26,385 nucleotides of DNA, taken from NCBI RefSeq assembly GCF_006345805.1, contig NW_021834773.1:1-26385 (forward strand). The letters run 5' to 3'. The notes under the pieces are model-generated. The model was not told where the DNA came from, did no database searches, and saw only the letters and a list, made by a program, of their open reading frames with translations. This document shows, piece after piece, positions 22,366 through 26,385 of this stretch. The translations under genes and the position numbers were made by a program. Numbering within the stretch: the stretch's first letter is position 1; the number at the start of each line of letters is the position of its first letter. The stretch comes from Octopus sinensis. Its lineage: Eukaryota.

Positions 22366-22372
<7 letters not shown>
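20030..22372. mobile_element. G/T-skewed, internally duplicated element ending in a hammerhead; probably Penelope-like
   Basis: Bounded by (TA)n on both sides, with internal repeats 20548-20682 ~ 21561-21702 and 21078-21470 ~ 21705-22092 and a hammerhead ~95 bp from the right end. No RT or GIY-YIG recognised. Confidence 0.55.
22237..22279 (+). ncRNA. Minimal type I hammerhead ribozyme, canonical core
   Basis: CCAC-CUGAAGA-UUGUC-GAUCAA-GACAA-GAAAC-GAUU-GUA-GUGG. Stem I is CCAC/GUGG, stem II is UUGUC/GACAA, stem III is short, and the predicted cleavage site is after GUA (22275). Confidence 0.85.
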
Positions 22373-22414
<42 letters not shown>

Positions 22415-22680
22415 ATTTATATATATATATTCATATATGTATATATACATATATATACATGTATATACACCACACACGCATATATACATATATGCATATA
22501 TATACATATATATACAATATATATATGTATGTTAGTATATATACATACATATATATATATATATATATGTGTGTGTATATATACTATATATACACATATA
22601 TATATACATGTATATACATATATAAATACACACAACACACACACACACACATATATATATGTATATATATATATATATAT
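22372..22680. repeat. (TA)n/(CA)n microsatellite complex
   Basis: Direct reading. It resembles 19690-19960 in inverted orientation. Confidence 0.95.
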
Positions 22681-22681
22681 C

Positions 22682-22802
22682 AAGTTATGAATAACGAGAG
22701 TGAGATATAGTATAAAATCTATTTAACCATTGCCGTTATATAAAAATTTCCAAGTCTTAAATAAAGTTCATCATATCATATTTCTCTCGTTATTCATAAC
22801 TT
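22682..22802. mobile_element. 121-bp MITE-like element with 19-bp perfect inverted repeats
   Basis: AAGTTATGAATAACGAGAG (22682-22700) / CTCTCGTTATTCATAACTT (22784-22802). Confidence 0.6.
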
Positions 22803-22857
22803 TATACATGCCGCACGTTTTTCGCTTTTATCATAATATATTTTCTACATTTTGTAG

Positions 22858-22929
22858 AATGAGAGATTAAGGAGCATTTTCATGACTACCCCTGGGCCGT
22901 TTGAATCCATATATCTATTCGGTCGTCAG
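22858..22929 (+). CDS. Candidate 72-nt internal exon, phase 0-0: NERLRSIFMTTPGPFESIYLFGRQ
   Basis: ttttctacattttgtag| ... CAG|gtatga. The length is divisible by 3 and only frame 0 is open. Protein not recognised. Confidence 0.5.
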
Positions 22930-22934
22930 GTATG

Positions 22935-23221
22935 AAATTCGTAGAAAAGAAAACAAAAGCTGTCTGACTGATTTTCTATATTACAATTGACATAATCCAG
23001 TTATCTCTCCTACTTGTTTCAGTCATTTGACTGCGGCGACGCTGGAGCACCGCCTTTAGTCGAGCAAATCGACCCCGAGACTTATTCTTTGTAAGCCCAG
23101 TACTTATTTTATCGGTCTCTTTTGCCGAACCGCTAAGTAACGGGGACGTAAGCACACCAGCATCGGTTGTCAAGCAATGCTAGGGGGACAAACACAGAAC
23201 ACACAAACACATACACACACA

Positions 23222-23294
<73 letters not shown>

Positions 23295-23460
23295 AATACG
23301 ACATGCTTCTTTCAGTTTTCGTCTACCAAATCCACTCACAAGAAATTGGTCGGCCCGGGGCTATAGCAAAGACACTTGCCCAAGATGCCACGCAGTGGGA
23401 CTGAACCCGGAATCATGTGGTTGGTTAGCAAGCTATTTACCACACAGCCACTCCTGTGCC

Positions 23461-23521
<61 letters not shown>

Positions 23522-24619
23522 TATATACATATACGACAGGCTTCTTTCAGTTTCCGTCTACCAAATCCACTAACAAGACTTTGGTCGGCCCGGGGCTATA
23601 GCAGAAGTTACTTGCCCAAGATGCCACGCAGTGGGACTGAACCCGGAATCATGTGGTTGTTAGCAAGCTATTTACCACACAGCCACTCCTGTGCCTATAT
23701 ATACATATATATACACACACATATATATACATATATACGACAGGCTTCTTTCAGTTTCCGTCTACCAAATCCACTAACAAGACTTTGGTCGGCCCGGGAC
23801 TATAGCAGAAGATACTTGCCCAAGATGTCACGCAGTGGGACTGAACTCGGAACCATGTGGTTGGTTAGCAAGCTACTTACCACACAGCCACTCCTACGCC
23901 TGTGTTATATCAACTCATGTGGAATATACTCGGGTTTTCCCCAAATGCTTTAAATAGCACAAAGTTTAGCAGTCAGTGTGTGTGTGTGTGTGTGTATGCA
24001 AGTAACTTTAGAAATTCTTTATTATCTGAAATCGTCGCAACTGTAATGGCGTATAGATACGTGTGTATGTGTGTGTGTGTGTGTGTGTGCGTGTGTGTGT
24101 GTGTGTGCGTGCGTGTGTGTGTGTGTTACTTAGTGACTATGTTGACATTGGGAAAAACCGTTGAGTGAAAATGATAAGAAGCAAAAAGTTATGTGAATGT
24201 GTTAAGAAAGAAAAAAAGAGAAGAAAAAATGGGAGCAGAAAAACATGTATTTATAAAATAATATAAAATAATAATTACACAATCCCTTTAATATAATATA
24301 TTAATATTCTTCCTTTATTTAAGAGATAAATTCGTAGAAAAGAAAACAAAAGCTGTCTGACTGATTTTCTATATTACAATTGACATAATCCAGTTATGTT
24401 TGTTTTCATTTGTGTTGTGTTATATCAACTCATGTGGAATATACTCGGGTTTTCCCCAAATGCTTTAAATAGCACAAAGTTTAGCAGTCAGTGTGTAAGT
24501 GTGTGTGTGTGTGTTTGTGTGTGTGCATGTGTGTGTGTGTGTGTGTGTGTGTATGCAAGAAACTTTAGAAATTCTTTATTATCTGAAATCGTCGCAACTG
24601 TAATGGCGTATAGATACGT

Positions 24620-24660
<41 letters not shown>

Positions 24661-24684
24661 GTGTGTGTGTGCGTGTGTGTTTGC

Positions 24685-24716
<32 letters not shown>

Positions 24717-24950
24717 GAGTATGCAAGTAACTTTCGAAATTCTTTGTTATCTGAAATCGTCGCAACTGTAATGGCATATACATACGTGTGTGTGTATGTG
24801 TGTGTGTTTGTGTGCGTGTGTGTGTGTGTGTGTGTCTGCGTGTGTGTGTGTTACTTAGTGACTATGTTGACATTGGGAATTTATAAATATAAAATAATAA
24901 TTCCACAATCCCTTTAAATAATATATTAATATGCTTCTTTTATTTAAGAC
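22935..24950. repeat. Tandem local duplication (copy 1 22935-24327 with SINE insert; copy 2 24328-24950)
   Basis: 22935-23004 = 24328-24397; 23901-24153 ~ 24416-24878; 24249-24325 ~ 24879-24950. Confidence 0.9.
23005..23900 (-). mobile_element. SINE family A with three tandem heads and one tail
   Basis: Heads at ~23737-23900, 23533-23696 and 23298-23460 are separated by (TA)n. The tail is at 23005-23200. Confidence 0.9.
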
Positions 24951-24974
24951 ATAAAATATACACTGCTAGTTTCA

Positions 24975-25533
24975 GATATTTTCGGTTTGACCGGCAGTTT
25001 TTTTAAAAATAATTTCCACGTAACTAAACACTTTTAAACTTCGTATACTGGTAGAATGTGTTTATAAAACATCCTTTTCTCTTGGCTTTATTGAGAAAAT
25101 TCTATAGTTTGTAAGATATTTGTTGTTTTCTTTCTTCAATTTCTGCAATTTCAACCAATCAGCGACGTCTATTCAGGTGAAAACATTCTGTGCCGTATGA
25201 ATGTTAAGAAACAGATTGGGTATATTTACATTTCTGAAGAAAACATGATACCCTTCCCCTAACCCTAACTAAACCTAACCCTAACCCTAACCCTAAAACA
25301 AATTCAAATGCAATAGATCGATACTAGGGTCATAATTATGGGTGACGATTTCATATGACACTGCTAGAAAAAACTGCCGTTCAAATCGAAAATATCCCCT
25401 AACCCTAACCCTAACTAACCCTAACTCTAAAACAAATTCAAATGCAATAGATCGATATTAGGGTCATAATTATGGGTGACAATTTCATATGACACCGCTA
25501 GAAAAAACTGTCGGTCAAACCGAAAAGATCCCC
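24975..25533. mobile_element. Non-autonomous TIR DNA transposon with subterminal (TAACCC)n and a duplicated right end
   Basis: Left end GATATTTTCGGTTTGACCGGCAGTTTTTT, right end AAAAAACTGTCGGTCAAACCGAAAAGATCCCC. The ~135-bp right end is repeated (25258-25399 and 25399-25533). Confidence 0.8.
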
Positions 25534-25789
25534 AGTTTCCCCTATGTTGGATTGTGGAATTATTTATTATTTTATATTTATAAATACATGTTTTTCTGCT
25601 TACATTTTTCATTCTCTTATTCTTTTTTGTTTTCTCTTTCTTAGTACCCTATGATATTAAATTAATCTCTTCTTTTCTTTCTTTGAGACATATAATAATA
25701 TATTTTTTTTTAATGATTTTAATTTCATAAATGAATTATCTAAAGATTTTTGAATCGAAACAGCAGACAGAAATGTCATATTTATATAC

Positions 25790-25853
25790 TTATTGAGCGA
25801 GAACACCTAAAGCTCCACGATGCCCCAACCGGTGGTGCTGGCGAACCCTACCA

Positions 25854-25856
<3 letters not shown>
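25790..25856 (+). mobile_element. SINE family C internal fragment
   Basis: ttattgagcgagaacacctaaagctccacga matches the reverse complement of ~13317-13350. Confidence 0.6.
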
Positions 25857-25889
<33 letters not shown>

Positions 25890-26065
25890 TATAATATATA
25901 TATATATGATATATATATATATACATATATACATACATATATATAATATATAATATATATATATTATATATATATATATATATATTATAATTAATAAATA
26001 AACATATGCATATATACATACATATATGTACTACCTACCTCTACATGTATATATACATGCATATA

Positions 26066-26385
26066 TGGGTACAGGACACCAAAAAAACGTCGAACACAAT
26101 GAGAAACGAAAACATAATCACAAAACCAAGGAAATGGACATTTCTTTTAAACAACGAAAAAACAGAGTACAGGACATACAAAACAAGGAAAATTCAGTCG
26201 CCTTAGTTTAATCTACTCCACGTTTCGAAGGTCAAGGCGATACATGACTTCATAAAACTTTCCTTCCCGCAAAAATCAAATTAAATAAAATTTGAGATGG
26301 TTTTGCGGGGGGAGGGGGTAAAAATGGTAACAAAAACAGGACAGTAACGACAGTACAAAATAAAAGAGTAAAAGGCAGGACACGG
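26066..26385. repeat. Probable interspersed repeat (possibly a Penelope-like terminus)
   Basis: A-rich, abuts a TA/TACA run, has a short internal repeat (gtacaggaca x2) and contains CGTTTCG. Family not determinable. Confidence 0.3.

Noticed and set aside
25258-25428. Telomere or chromosome-fusion scar
   Set aside because: Only a few units, internal to a TIR element and all in one orientation.
4987-26019. Dozens of ORFs rich in YI/IY, LSIY, CV or HT repeats
   Set aside because: They are translations of (TA)n, (TATC)n and (TG)n microsatellites that lack stops by construction.
26195-26260. Hammerhead on the minus strand (CGAAACG...GTA)
   Set aside because: No CUGANGA core and no stem I pairing could be built.

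Overview
AT-rich, microsatellite-saturated eukaryotic DNA. The SINE families and the (TA)n/(GATA)n/(TAA)n load suggest an octopod cephalopod; this is inference, not a database result. There are no intact long genes, and almost all tracked ORFs are microsatellite artefacts. Most of the window is mobile-element debris: 3' ends of RLE-type (R4/Dong-like) LINEs beside (TAA)n, five pieces of one L1/Tx1-like LINE that all sit in (TATC)n in element sense, three tRNA-derived SINE families (some multimerised), non-autonomous Helitrons, a Tc1 remnant, TIR elements, and Penelope-like termini carrying hammerhead ribozyme motifs. One hammerhead is canonical (22237-22279); a divergent pair has a non-canonical core (3812-3849 and 4242-4277). 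Candidate exons of an unidentified minus-strand gene lie in between. They are a 24-nt microexon present twice in a ~530-bp duplicated cassette (16844-16867 and 13703-13726) and phase-compatible terminal exon candidates at 6879-6970 and 5342-5619. There is also one clean 72-nt plus-strand exon candidate (22858-22929). The best leads are the (GATA)n-targeting Tx1 family and the wider partitioning of microsatellite niches among TE classes, the hammerheads, and the duplicated microexon.
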